From Octopus vulgaris (Eukaryota), in NCBI GenBank assembly GCA_951406725.2, contig OX597820.1, positions 69,688,001 through 69,752,000 on the forward strand: a stretch of DNA of 64,000 nucleotides, given 5' to 3'. A program made the translations under genes and the position numbers. The notes below the pieces were generated by a model. The model saw only the letters and a program-made list of their open reading frames with translations, was not told the DNA's origin and did not search any database. Positions 25,991-43,754 of the stretch are shown here, piece by piece; the stretch's first letter is position 1, and each line of letters starts with the position of its first letter.

Positions 25991-26589
25991 AATAGTGGGA
26001 AAGCCTTGTTTGCAAAGTTAGGTTGTTGCAATAGGCAGGAACTTTTTCCCTAACTCCTCGTTGCCCCCAAGAATTTCATTTTAAACCCACTTGGAGTAAT
26101 TTACCATCTTCGCTGACCCCTGCTTTAGAGCGTCATCCAAATTGCCTTTGTCGTGTTTCCGCTAATTTCGTTTTGGTTTCACATACCGCAGAAGTTTGCC
26201 GTTCGCCTCTCCAATCGATTGAATAATATCAACCACAGGATTAAGAAAGAATCAACTAGTCCCCCTTCTCAGTTCTGATGACTTTCTACGCAAATTAAAA
26301 GCAAAAGAGACGTGGATTGGCAGAATTGTTTAACAGTCTCATAAATTCCTCGAAGCAATTGTTCTGGTGCTTTTACATTGAGTTAAATACCGCCGAGGTA
26401 TTTAACTCAATGTAAAAATGATCAAAAGAAGTGAGTTTTAAGTACTGGGATCGAATTAATCGATTAATATCTTCACCTGAATTTGTTGTGGTTTGGCCTT
26501 TGTTAGAATCATTTATTATAATCAATATATTAATGGATTACGTGATCACGTGTTCGACCGGGCAGCGGGATTTTGCTATATTTTGTACT

Positions 26590-26945
26590 GTTTCACTTTT
26601 GAATGATGCCATCCCGCTGGCTAGGCGAGCAGGCCAACGTACCCACCCACCCTATTGAAAAGCTATTCCGCCGCAGGGTTACTGTTTTACAGCTGAGTGG
26701 ACTGGAACAACGTGATATGAAGTATTTTGCTCAAGAACATAACACGCCGCTCGCTCCAGAAAACGAAACCATGATCTATCGATCGCTAGTGCAGCACCCT
26801 ACCCACTAGGCCACGTACCGTCACATACTGGTTTCAAATTTTAAAAAGAATGATAGACAAAGTTGACCTCAGCGGCATTTGAACTCAGAATGTAAAGACA
26901 GCCTCTAAGCGGTTTGCCCGGCGTGCTAACATATCTGCCTTCACG
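26590..26945 (-). mobile_element. Cluster of SINE fragments (D-type 3' part, family C head 26690-26822, family B 26855-26945)
   Basis: gctggctaggcgagcaggccaac (as at 58604); minus gtggcctagtgggtagg...gttcttgagcaaaatacttcatatcacgttgttccagtccactcagctg; aaagttgacctcagcggcatttgaactcag. Confidence 0.75.
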
Positions 26946-27677
26946 TTAATGAATAACTCCGGTTAATAGACCTAAATGAGTTGGTTCTTGGTTGACACAC
27001 TAGTCTACTACAAAATACGTATCAGTGAATGACTATCATTCTCTTTTTTCTTCTTTAATTCTTTGTATCAGATGCCTTCAGAGAATAACGCAATCTCATT
27101 GCTATTGCCTGATTATCTTCCATTTTCAACAGTATTCATGTCTCTATATCGTTTATATGGTTACATCTGTCTTCGGCAGGAAATGTTCTGATACGTTTGA
27201 GGATTGATGATAGATCAGCTACAAAGCACCATAGGTAATTAATTATATCAAACTTTTGGGGCTCACTCACCATAACGAGTTAAGTTATCGTTTACGCTCA
27301 ACAGACTTTGCTACTGTTTGTTAGGCTTGTTATCAATTTTTGATATCTTGAGATATGCATGATCTACTTCATTCGATTTGGTACTAAAGAATATTTCAGA
27401 ATTATAACTTTCCAGACTTTGTTTAATGTCTTGAGGAAAATAAAATTAAGGTTCGTATGTGGGTCAACATGATATCTGGTTAAATACAATGGTTCAGCTT
27501 GCAGTATTTGGAGCTTGCAGCACAGTTTCAATTCTTCTAACTAACAATCCAATATCATGCTAATTATCCTATTCCACTAAACATTTTAACGCTTACACTT
27601 ACAAAAAATGTTGGTGCTCATATCTTCCGAGCATGAGGGTGTGTATATGTGTGTATATATGTGTGTGTATCTATTTG

Positions 27678-27905
27678 AAGGCGCATAGCCTAGTGGTTGT
27701 GGTGTTGTATTTATGATCGCGAGATATTGGTTTCAGTTATTGGACAGAGAGGTGAGTTCTGCTCTTGAGAAAAATGCTTCTATCTCACGTTGCTCTGCGA
27801 TCACTTTGATACCTGACGCATGATACGCCGTGCATCGGTTCACGCACCAACGATGTGATGGAGGAAGTGAGCTAATGTACAACGTAAGCATCTGATCACT
27901 AGAAA
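27678..27905 (+). mobile_element. tRNA-derived SINE family C-like, diverged
   Basis: ggcgcatagcctagtggtt...ggtttcag...tcttgagaaaaatgcttctatctcacgttgctc, similar to the copy at 58938. Confidence 0.7.
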
Positions 27906-27969
27906 TCAAATCATTTTTGCGTATTGTTCAGCATGAATTTGCAGAACCGTCTTTCTCGGACTACGATAC

Positions 27970-28012
<43 letters not shown>

Positions 28013-28729
28013 CGTGCTTCTGTGTGTGTGCGTGTGCGTTTGCGTGTATATGTGTGTGTGTGTGTGTGTGCCTATCTCTGTTCAGCCTTTTGCCTTGTAA
28101 TAATGAAATCCTGTTTACAAATCTGCACATCATGTTCTTTCATTTGCTGCAAACCTTCGACCCATTGACCACAACTAGGTCGATAAAAACTGCCCAGAAG
28201 CCCTCAAACGGACTCCATCTACTTTTCATAGAAACAACCCATTTACGCACTGTTACCATGTTATTTTGTCCGACGATAACATCGCAAGTACAACTGACAA
28301 TACACTGATAGTTACGTGGGCTGAAAATCATTTGAATATACATCGGAAATTTGAAGTGTTCTCTGAACTGATTAAGTTAAGATATAGCAGCAATACAATG
28401 CACTATTTCTTTATTACATTCGGGTTTAAAAAGTATATGAAATAGATTTTTTTTTTCTTTTTCGTATTTTATAGCTTTTATCAAAGAGAAATTACAAGAT
28501 GATATATATTTAGCATGAAGATTGATAAGAAGAAAAAAAAACTGTCTTCTTCCTTGTCAGAACACAACATATTTTATTTTGGCTTGTTGGCATGTACTTA
28601 GTTAACACTCATAAATTAGTGATGAAACCTATAGAACATATGTATAGACGCACACACGCAAAAATATATGTGCGTATGTGTATATATATATATGTATATA
28701 TACGTGTGTGTATGTATATATATATATAT

Positions 28730-28772
<43 letters not shown>

Positions 28773-28776
28773 TACA

Positions 28777-28822
<46 letters not shown>

Positions 28823-29347
28823 GTAAATAGATATATGGGAGTGTGTGTTTCTGTGCGCGTGTTTTTTGTGTGATTGTCTATATGCAGAGATATGTGTAAG
28901 TGTGTGTGTGTACATGTGCGTAGATACGGTTTAACTAATAAATAAATCCTCATGCGTATAGCTTCGGAGGCACGCACAAATGAGAAATAACCACACGAGG
29001 AAAGCGTTCACTTAAAAACACATAAAAATTTTTCAATTATACACAGGAGAAGAGATAAATAAATTTAAACACAAGCATAAACATATACACACTCTGACAG
29101 ATGAATACACTCACGCATTCTCATGCACACATAGATACACATACAACATTCACACATATATTTGCATAAATATACGCAAATTTATACAAATATACTCACT
29201 TACATATATTTACATGCACCCAAGGTTATTTGAATTGATACCTATACACACATATTTTTGCAAACACAAATGGCATTGCCATATTTAAATATTCACTAAT
29301 AGTGTATATCTAATACGTTTTTCCCCTTTTTTCAGTAATTCAATGTT

Positions 29348-29428
<81 letters not shown>

Positions 29429-29988
29429 ATGGTTATATGTGTATGTGAATGTGTTTTTCTGTATTTGTGTGTGTTTTCTAAGCACTAAAAAGAATACAAG
29501 CAAAGTATAAATTCAATTTCGATATTAAACATATTAGAAATTATTTTTGGCAATTTGCAAACGAAACAGCGTGAGCAAATTATTGGAAATTTGCTAAATG
29601 TATAATTTTGTTCTATTTTTTAAATTTTTTTAGAAAATATTTTTAACTGAATCGGAAGTTAAAAGCAATGCTATGATAATAAATATAAGATGTATTTGTA
29701 TGTATTTCTCACTTTAGCTGTATATATTTGTACTTGTAGGCTCTTATGCATAAAGGTAACTTCAAATGTATATACAAATATGTGTGCTTGAGTTCTTTGT
29801 GTGTATATGTATATATATGTTTTTGTGTATGTGTGTGAGTGTGTATGCATAGCAATATATTTATATATACATACATATATATATGTACAGATGAATTTAG
29901 GGTTATCTTCGTGTAAATATAACTAAGTTTATATGTCACAAACCTAAAATATATGCATATGCATTTACATTTGCATATGTATATGTAC

Positions 29989-30032
<44 letters not shown>

Positions 30033-31074
30033 ATTTGCACAGATACACACAGACGCAAACACGGAATATATATATTTGTGTGTATGTATATATGTATGTA
30101 TACATACATATCTGTGTGTATATATACATATATGTGTGTGCAGGATAATATCATACCTCATAATCTAGTTAGACAATAAAAATAAGAACATTATCAGAGT
30201 GTTTTTGGTCAGGATGTGATCATTAATATTTGTGATGTTGTCCCTCTTAAGGCTGCATTGCACATATATGGAAAGAATACGCTGTATATATTAGAATGTG
30301 GAAGATACATGTATGTACTTTGAAAAATATTTGCTTAAGAGAGACATGTTATATATACATATTTCATTTCAATTCCGTACTGTTATGGCAATTAGTATGT
30401 ACATGATACACATTGCTTATTGTACAGAGTTACAGATATGCCAGCAGATATACCAACTAGTCGAATGCATAATTTTTTATGAATTTAAATCTACGAGTTC
30501 TCTCCCCTGTTTCCCTCCAATCTTAAAGTTATTGTTTATTGATTTCCATTTCGGAAATTTCACTGATTTTATTTTTCTCACCTCACTGCACCATTTCATA
30601 CAGAAACATCCATGTCATCTTTTGATATTATCAACAGGCTGTGACACCTGCACCTTCAAAGGAGTTTGCAACTTCCAACCACTGAGAATTCCAGCTATTT
30701 GTCTCCTCTAGAAGAACTCAAAGTTAGTGAAGTTCTGATCATTAACATTGATATTTCCGTTTGTTAGAGGATTTCTTTTCAAATTTGTGCTATTCAAAAT
30801 ATTTCCCACATTGCATTTTCATGTAGCAGTATCTTACATTGCTACATCACATCTAGAGAAGATTTCCCAGGTTTAGATGAGTGTCCGCTGGTCCACTGGT
30901 AGGAAGCTTGATATCAGAACACATGTCTATGCATAAGACAAAAGATATCTTATAAAGCCCAAAAAGTAGGGGGAAAAACGGTGAGACATGAGCAAATTAG
31001 TACACATTAATTGTGATATCTTGTTACAATAGTTAAACTTCAGGAATGCTATGCAAAATGGGAACATAAATCAG

Positions 31075-31500
31075 TCGTTCATATACCTTCTCCAGACCAA
31101 AAAATACTATAAATACATAGACCTGTCCTTCTCCTCATTATCTTTTTTACCAACCGGGAAGCATGTCTAGCATCGGCTGCTGCACTTTCTTAAAGGAATC
31201 TACATTGGCAGCGTTTCATGCTTGATATAGAAGTGTTTCATACACTCACTGACATCAGCAACATCCTTTCTGCTTGGTATTGTTATACTGATTATCCAAA
31301 CCAAAGCTACTTTGCAATCTGTGGTAATTAATTGAAGAATTACATGAAATACTGATTCACAATTTATAGCTAGTTTCCTAATATCTGAAGTAATTTCGTC
31401 TGCACAGAAACTCTTTCATATTTTTCGTTTCTCTGGCGCTGGCTTCTTTGGCTTCTGTTGTACTGGAGATTGCACGGTGATTGGCTCAAGAGAACTATTC
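31075..31500 (-). mobile_element. RTE-clade LINE ORF2 relic (pre-RT and RT N-terminus)
   Basis: KSFCADEITSDIRKL (KA.GPD.I), VWIISITIPSRKDVADVSEC (W..S.TIP..K..D...C), and DARHASRL..EEKDRSMYL.VFFGLEKVYER (F.DLEKAYDR), with frameshifts. Confidence 0.75.
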
Positions 31501-32019
31501 ATTATATACAATTGGGAAGATTTCATTTGAATGGCAGAATGACGAGCGGGTGGGAAATAAGCCGAATATCATAATCCTTGCTGCTCATAATCTGGCCAGG
31601 TGAGCAATAGTATTCAAAGGCTCAGTGACATATTTTATTGAAATGTAGTCAATTATTTGTACAGGACATCATAAAAAAATTAGTCCCTTTCAAAGTGCTA
31701 CTGAACTCATAACCTGGATGACACTAATTTGCTCTTGGAAACCACGTGAATTCTCCTTTCATAAGAGTACTTTGCTGATGACCCGCCTTTAAGGTTCTTT
31801 CTCTCCAGAGTTTTGGCGTCGAAGTCTCAAATTTGGTCAACAATGTTATTAATATTATTTAACAACTGTTCTCTTACTGTTTAGTACTGATATCGAGAGC
31901 ATCGATTCAAGTCACTTGATCGTCTTCGTACTCATTAGTCTTTCATCGTCTGATCGTTCTAAACCATTCATGCATGTTCAGAGTAGAAGTCAAGAACAAA
32001 GACTGAACCTGAGAAGAGT

Positions 32020-32260
32020 AGGGAGGATTCTCTTTGGTGAATGAGGAACGGAATCTAACAGAATCACTTTCATATAAAGCGGCCAGTTTTCACTCTTGAT
32101 GAAGTAGTCGATCTGAGCCGAGATCTTACAACTGATGTCTTATACAAAATATTGGAGATAAGCAGGTCATGAGGTGCAAAACTGACTAGGATGTAGCTAT
32201 TTTCATACTTTCTATTATTATAACACCGCACCAAGGAATTAATCACTGACGTCATTCGCT
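32020..32260 (-). mobile_element. CR1-like LINE ORF2 C-terminal relic
   Basis: ILVSFAPHDL..ILYKTSVVRSRL(IDY)..LLDSVPHSPKRI resembles LYK..VRS.LDY..LESVQR..TK.I. Confidence 0.5.
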
Positions 32261-32351
32261 GCGTCTACATCTCAAGATGTCGAATGCAAGAAGAAAGCTA
32301 CGTTGGCACGTATTGCAAATCATATGGAACTGGGTTCAATACTTATCGTGT

Positions 32352-32385
<34 letters not shown>

Positions 32386-32899
32386 ATCTTTATATATACA
32401 TGTATTTACGCATGCATGTATATATATAAATATATACGTACATGCGCGGAGACATAGAAATAATCGGACTGAATACCCGATCGAGCGGGGAAGCCATTGG
32501 GAGTGAAGGACTCCTAGCCTTTTTTTGGGCATCCTTCTAGGAGAAGGTAACTCAGGTAACTGGGATAACTCCGACATAAAACCTGCGGCTCAGTGGTTAC
32601 CGATGATGTTGACTTGTTCTTCTTTTCGGATTATGGCTGCTGTTGCTTAGTGAGTGGGATTGACTCAGTGCACAGCCTTTCCTCACTAAAAAAATCTTCT
32701 TGCACAAGCATTGCACGATAACAACATTAATTAAGCTTCGCGCAATGGCCATGCTCGATAACGAGGGGGCAGCCACCATATACGTACACACACACTCACT
32801 GCTACAAACACCCACACGCATATACATTCATACATAAACTGGTGCTTATAAATGCTTTTAATCTCGTAGCTTCTGTATAAATATTTACGTGTATGTGTG

Positions 32900-33116
32900 T
32901 GTCTTTTGTGTTTATGTGTCCCCTTTTCCACCGCTACAAGACTGGTGTTTGTTTACGTCTCCGTATCTTATCGGTTCGGGCAAAGAGACTGAAAGGATGA
33001 GTACCAGACTTCAAAAACAACAAGGATTGGGATTGATTTGCTAGACTAAAGCCCTCTAATGTTGTGCCTCAGCTTGATCGCCGACCAATGATTGAAGCAA
33101 GCAAAAGATAAAAGAT
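32900..33116 (+). mobile_element. SINE family A-related 3' half
   Basis: ctggtgtttgtttacgtctccgtatcttatcggttcgggcaaagagac...aatgattgaagcaagcaaaagataaaag. Confidence 0.75.
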
Positions 33117-33499
33117 ATATTAAGATACTCGTCTTAAAATACACATCAGATCAGTTCCACACGCACGCACAAAGGAAAGAACAACGAATGCACGCCAATA
33201 CATCACCTCAGAAATTCAAATTATTTTATATTCCTATTATTTTTAAGTTACATAAGTACTTGATTCCACGTATGCAGAGTGGAAGAAAGATGGAAGAAAA
33301 CAAAGGAAGGAAGTTAGGAAGGAAAGAGATAAACCAATCTCTTCTCTCTATAAACGGAAAATCTAGGAACGAGAGAACAAAGACGCGAAGTCGATAAAGC
33401 AATTTTATCTCCGAATATTGCTCGATGCATGTTCGTTGAGGAAGAATAGACGTGCGTCGAGATTTCACACGGTGATAGAGTTAGAAAGAAAATGTAAAG

Positions 33500-38290
<4,791 letters not shown>

Positions 38291-38659
38291 TTGCATTTTT
38301 ACTAATGGGCTTTCATCGAATACGATGAGGACCATGTCTGTTATATTTGTGGATCTATTGGGGATTCATAAGTCTTTGCACTAGCGTATCTAGATTCTGT
38401 GCCGCACGGGGTGGCCCTTCCGTTTGCCAACCCCGGACCCCACAAAAACACATATTGCCCGCCTGGGCGCCCCACCTCCATACACACTATTCCTAGCTAC
38501 GCTAGTGAGTCTTTTGTTACAATGTTCAGATATTATTCTGTCTGCCTTACTTTTCCTTTGTTCTTGTCACTTGTGTTACCTGCATCTTAAGTCTTGCTCC
38601 TACAGTGAAACCGTCATTATAAGTACAGATAGGAATGTCTTCCATTCTTGAGTATACTG

Positions 38660-38912
38660 TCTTTTATCTTCTATCTTTTACATGTTCCAGTCATTAGAAT
38701 GCGGCCATGTTGGTGAAATTCCTTGAGCAATTTCGTAGTAGACTAAATCAACTTAAGCAATATTTTTTCTTAAGCCTTGTACTTTTTCTACTGTTCCTTT
38801 TTTTGCCGAACCGCTAAGTTACATGGGTTGTAAACTCATCGACACCGGTTGTCTCAGACATACACATACGCACAAACACAGAAACACTCACAAGCACATA
38901 AACACAAATACA

Positions 38913-38959
<47 letters not shown>

Positions 38960-39124
38960 AAAGCAGGCTTCTTTCAGTTTCTGTCTCCCAAATACACTCA
39001 TAAGGCTTTGGTCGACCCGATGCAATAGTAAAAGGCACTTGCCCAAGGTGCCATGACGTGGGACTGGGCAAGGAGCACTATAGTTAGGAAGCAAGCTTTC
39101 TACCACACAACCACATCTGCGCCT
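38660..39124 (-). mobile_element. SINE family A, full length, diverged
   Basis: Reverse complement of head (aggcgcagatgtggttgtgtggtag), body and tail. Confidence 0.88.
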
Positions 39125-39149
39125 ACATGGATCATTTTGAAAATGATCT

Positions 39150-40390
39150 TAACTGACCGCGGAAGAGCTGTTTTTAATCATGCGATCATTCGTTGGTCAT
39201 CGTATACGTAACTGTTGAAGGTCCTACTGAGGAAACAAGCTTCAGTCGTCTCACTTGACAAGGTATTCAATGTTATTGGTATCGGTTCATAGGAGTATTT
39301 CTCTGCTTCTTTACTCCATTTCACTTAAAATAGATTTTGGTGGCTCCAGTTGCTCGATTTTCCAGAGCTTAACGTGTTGGTTGTATGTGGTTTGCGTTCT
39401 CGAACCATATGATAGAGTAGAAACGGTCTACCAGATATATGAGAGCATTGATATGGCGGCTGTGATGGTTATTTAGGAAAACTCTTCCTGTTAAGAAGGC
39501 TGTCCTTTGCGGTTTAACATCTTGTCCATTCGCTGGATATGCTGAAACTTGGGTATTTCAAGAAGAAGGATGTAGAAAGTTGTTACTTTTCTGGTGAAAA
39601 AAGTAGGGAGCTAAGAGGCCAGAAGAGACAGGTACTTTTATAGACGTTTGCTTTCAGGGCCATTCTCTTTATAAGTTGTAACGGCTATCGTGATGATGAC
39701 TCGTAGGATTTTCAGAGTATCACCTACAGCTGAGTCACCCACAGAGTGTATTCTGTATAATATGTCAAACTCAAGCTTACTTGTATTTATCTGACATCTG
39801 ATATTGAAATGATACCCGATAATATTGAAATGGTTCCTGACAAGTTAGAACTTAATAGTGACTTACTCGTCCCTGTTAGTCCTCCGGCTACACAGATTAT
39901 AAAGTTATTAAACAGCATAGAAGCCAGCATCCACATCCTCGTCCCATTCTTACACTGAAAGTCTCATAATCAACAACTCGAGTCATCATCTTCGTGTATA
40001 AATGTTGTAAAAAGTTCAATAATTGGGACGAAATTGTTTCAGAACATCCTACAGAGCTTTCCTCTGTACGTTGTCAAATGCATTAAAATGTCCAGAAATG
40101 CAATGGAAATGTCTTGTTTTTACCACCCCACCAAGGTCCTCCACTCCAGCTCACCACACACACGCACTCACTCTGCATTTTTCCTGAAGCTTCTCTGTAA
40201 TCCATGCTAATCAGCGACTTCGCACTGCAGAAGTCGCACTGGTTTTCTGGTATGGAGTTTTATTAATCTGATGTGTCTTCTAAGATAAATCTTGATCAGG
40301 AAACAAAGGACAGAAATTATATAGCCCCAGCCGTTGTTGGGGCAAATACATCTAACACTCTTGTTTTTGTAGATGATGACGATATTAACA
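39150..40390 (-). mobile_element. RTE (BovB-like) LINE reverse transcriptase relic
   Basis: IVIIYKNKSVR, IPENQCDF, KLQEKCR, AFLDI..AFDNVQRKAL, LASMLFN, STLSYGS.TQTTY, QLF: ordered RTE ORF2 motifs with many disablements. Confidence 0.85.
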
Positions 40391-40449
40391 TCGATTCAAT
40401 TTAACTGCTTCTGATTCAATGATGTATTTATAAAGGTTACATAGCAGAG

Positions 40450-40642
40450 GTCTCGGTTCTTTAACATTTGTAATAATTGTCTCCTTTCTGCACTTGTAAA
40501 ATTGAAGGACCCAGGGTCACTTACACACATACACACATATGTATAATATCTAGATGCAGACGCATGGTCCTTTAACGTTTGTAATGATTGTCTTCCCTTT
40601 GCACTTCTAAAACTGAAGGCTCCAGGGTTAATTACACACACA

Positions 40643-40721
<79 letters not shown>

Positions 40722-40765
40722 ACACACACACACATATAATATCGAGGCGCAGACGTATGGTTGAT
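40450..40765. repeat. Diverged tandem duplication, period ~111 bp, with expanded (CA)n
   Basis: tttaac(a/g)tttgtaat(a/g)attgtct...tgaagg..ccagggt at 40460 and 40571; partial third copy aatatcgaggcgcagacgtatgg at ~40738. Confidence 0.8.
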
Positions 40766-40770
40766 GCTTT

Positions 40771-40900
40771 CTAACCATTCACATCCAGGGTTTCAGTCCC
40801 ACCGCACGGCATCTTTTGCAAGTGTCTTTTACTATAGCCTCGAACCGACCAATGTCTTGTGAATGAATTTGGTAGCTGAAAACTTTCTGGAAGCCTGTCA
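40771..40900 (-). mobile_element. Diverged SINE family A 5' part
   Basis: ttcagtcccaccgcacggcatc..gcaagtgtcttttactatagcctcg..ccgacc matches the family A head/body sequence; orientation label uncertain (reads like the + copies). Confidence 0.5.
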
Positions 40901-42361
40901 TTCTCATACATACATACATACATACATACATACATACATACATACATACATACATACATACATAGACGATGGTAGTAAGCAAGGTCCCGTGAATCTTTCA
41001 CTTAATCCACGATTTCTCATACCAACTAAAGAACAGTAAATAAAGTAAAAACGGTAAAAAACGGTAAAAACAATTTCTCATATAAATGAGGAACGGTAAA
41101 TGAGGATATCCTCACGGCCGATAAATGAAGATATCCACACGATATCAAAGTATGTTATTATAAGCATCTAATATAGAGGACGAGACAATATATAATCATT
41201 TACGAAATTTAAGCTCGTGTCTACTGTAAACCGAACTGTTGTACTCAATCCTATAACGCAGTGACACCATAACTACAAACTTGCATACATTCACACATGC
41301 GCATACGCACACTGGTATATTATATGTATACAGTTCTGTTTGCGAGTAGATCCGTATATTCACGCATGTTAGTGCGTCTGCGTGCGTGCTTGTGTATGTA
41401 CTCATTCAGGAAAAGAGGTAAACTTGTATAAAGATAGCAAGCGGCTACAAAAACTGCGTGTGTAATCCAATTGTTATTTAACTGTTGATTATTGATGTAG
41501 AGGAATCGTAAGCCCACGTTAAATAGGAAACTGAATCCCTCTCTTTAGTGTCTGTAAAATAATAACAAGCAATTGTTAACTCAATATTATAGATTCGTAT
41601 ACTTCAGTTTTGGCTTTTTAAAAATCCCGAAGCTGGATATACGTATGATTGCATATATGTATTCAACAGAATATAATCTTCAACTATGTACAACTACATA
41701 TTTTTTTTTTCCTTTTATGAAATGTTGGTTTCTTTAAATAAATGAGATATTTTTATCTAGCTGACGGGATTGAAAGCTGACATGAATGAAAGTCATAGTG
41801 GTGAAATTGAAATTAATATAATTGATAGTTTCTATATAGATGGGCGTTGAGCTTATTTCTATACAAAACGTTACAGTAGAAGAATGGTACCAAAATACAA
41901 GAAGAGATAAGACGATGTGACATCAATAGCTTTCTCAAAGTGTTGTCTTCAAATTACAATTGAAACTATATTTCGAATCGTAAGGAATAATCGAAAATTT
42001 TAATAATCAACTTACAATTATCTAAAGATTTGTTTGACAACAAACAAGTCTTGGTGGAAAGTTATTATATTAATACTTTCTTCGTTCAATATCATTATAG
42101 AATAAGTAAAAGGAAAGTACACATATATCTATTTAATATCGCAACTTGTGAACAATAGGGTCATTAAGTTTGGGTTCACTTACTAGTTCTCCACATTTCT
42201 CATGGCGAGAACGAGAAGGGGTATCTACAAATCGTAGTCCAACAAATGTCTCAATGTCCTTCATTCTTAAAGCATAAGAGATTTAAACATTTTTCCCGGA
42301 GATATTTATATCCTACGCCACCCATATACAAGGGGAAAATATATATACACAACGATATACA

Positions 42362-42612
42362 CATACACACTCGACGGCTTCCGTACCGTTACCATTACCA
42401 GTTATTCTCCTTACAGGGTTATTGGTCAAATATAGGCTTCACGACATCATACACACTTGACGGCTTCCGTAACGTTACCATTACCAGTTATTCTCCTTAC
42501 AGGGTTATTGGTCAAATATAGGCTTCACGACATCATACACACTTGACCCGTTCCGTACCGTTACCATTACCAGTTATTCTCCTTACAGGGTTATTGGTCA
42601 AATATAGGCTTC
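42362..42612. repeat. 86-bp minisatellite, ~3 copies
   Basis: Units start at 42362, 42448 and 42534: catacacact(c/t)gac...ccgtaccgttaccattaccagttattctccttacagggttattggtcaaatataggcttc. Confidence 0.97.
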
Positions 42613-42864
42613 GTGTGGATTTATCCGATTGGCTGAGAAGCGAAATTAGTTATCAAATATCCGAGTCTAAATTAGTACTGGAGATGGTTATTAGTGATAA
42701 ACTTAATATTTTTAGTATTACCTGTGATCAGTCTCCATTGCAATATATTGTACATTCTAGGGTCAAGGAAACGTGATTCAGGAGCATTAAGATATACTGA
42801 TAAACTAATATGAAATTTTTGCATGTAGTGTACCCTCAGTATATTTAAATGATGCTAAATACGA

Positions 42865-43040
42865 TGAGCTGGCAGAGTCGCTATCGCGCCGGACAATTTG
42901 CTTGGTGGTCTTTCTTCCAACTTTACGTTCTGAGTTCAAATGCCACCGGGTTCAACTTTGCCTTTCGTTCTTTAGGGATCGATAAAATAAGTACCAATCG
43001 ATCGCTAAAATTTCTGGATTTGTGCCAAAATTTGAAACCA
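42865..43040 (+). mobile_element. SINE family B
   Basis: gagctggcagagtcg...ttacgttctgagttcaaatgcc...ctttgcctttc...gataaaataagtacca. Confidence 0.8.
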
Positions 43041-43315
43041 ATATATTTCAAACGAAATAAAGAAAATCAGAATGCATATTTCTCTGTTTCCAATCACCTT
43101 AGAGAGGTGTGATATCATTTACTAATTTTTCATAGCAGTGTTGTTTAGAAATTTGTTTTGCATCTATGTAGTTCTGCTTTCAATCACAATGCACGACATC
43201 ATTATCGAATGTCTATCAACGTGTCCTCAACGTGACCAATGCCTTGCGAGGTTATTTTGGTAGACGGAGAATGTGCGGAAGTCCGTTATGTGTGTGTGTG
43301 ATTGTGTGTGTGTGT

Positions 43316-43370
<55 letters not shown>

Positions 43371-43705
43371 ATTAGCGTTGACTTGAAGTTGAAAAACAAG
43401 TTAAAAAGTTGGAGAGTAGAGACATGTAAAAAAGGAAGAGAGGGAGACAGAGATAGAGAGAGAGAAAGAAAGAAAAGACAGTAAGGAGGGTGAGAGAAAA
43501 ATGAGAGAGGAAGGAGAACAGTGCTTGAAAATTTCTGATGGTAATGTATCTATTATCTAGTGAAAATTATATAACGACATACATATGCGAGATTTCACAT
43601 AAGTACGTCCATAACTTCTCAGTTGTTCAAGGAACAACAAATTTAAACAAAGGAATAACAAGACAATCTCAGCAGGCATCATCACCATCATCATCATCAT
43701 CATCA

Positions 43706-43754
<49 letters not shown>

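Noticed and set aside
30298-30711. 137-aa non-repetitive ORF
   Set aside because: No recognisable domain, non-ATG start, and it lies near a LINE relic on the other strand.
42362-42612. CRISPR-like regular repeat
   Set aside because: Units are contiguous with no unique spacers, there are no cas genes, and the context is eukaryotic.
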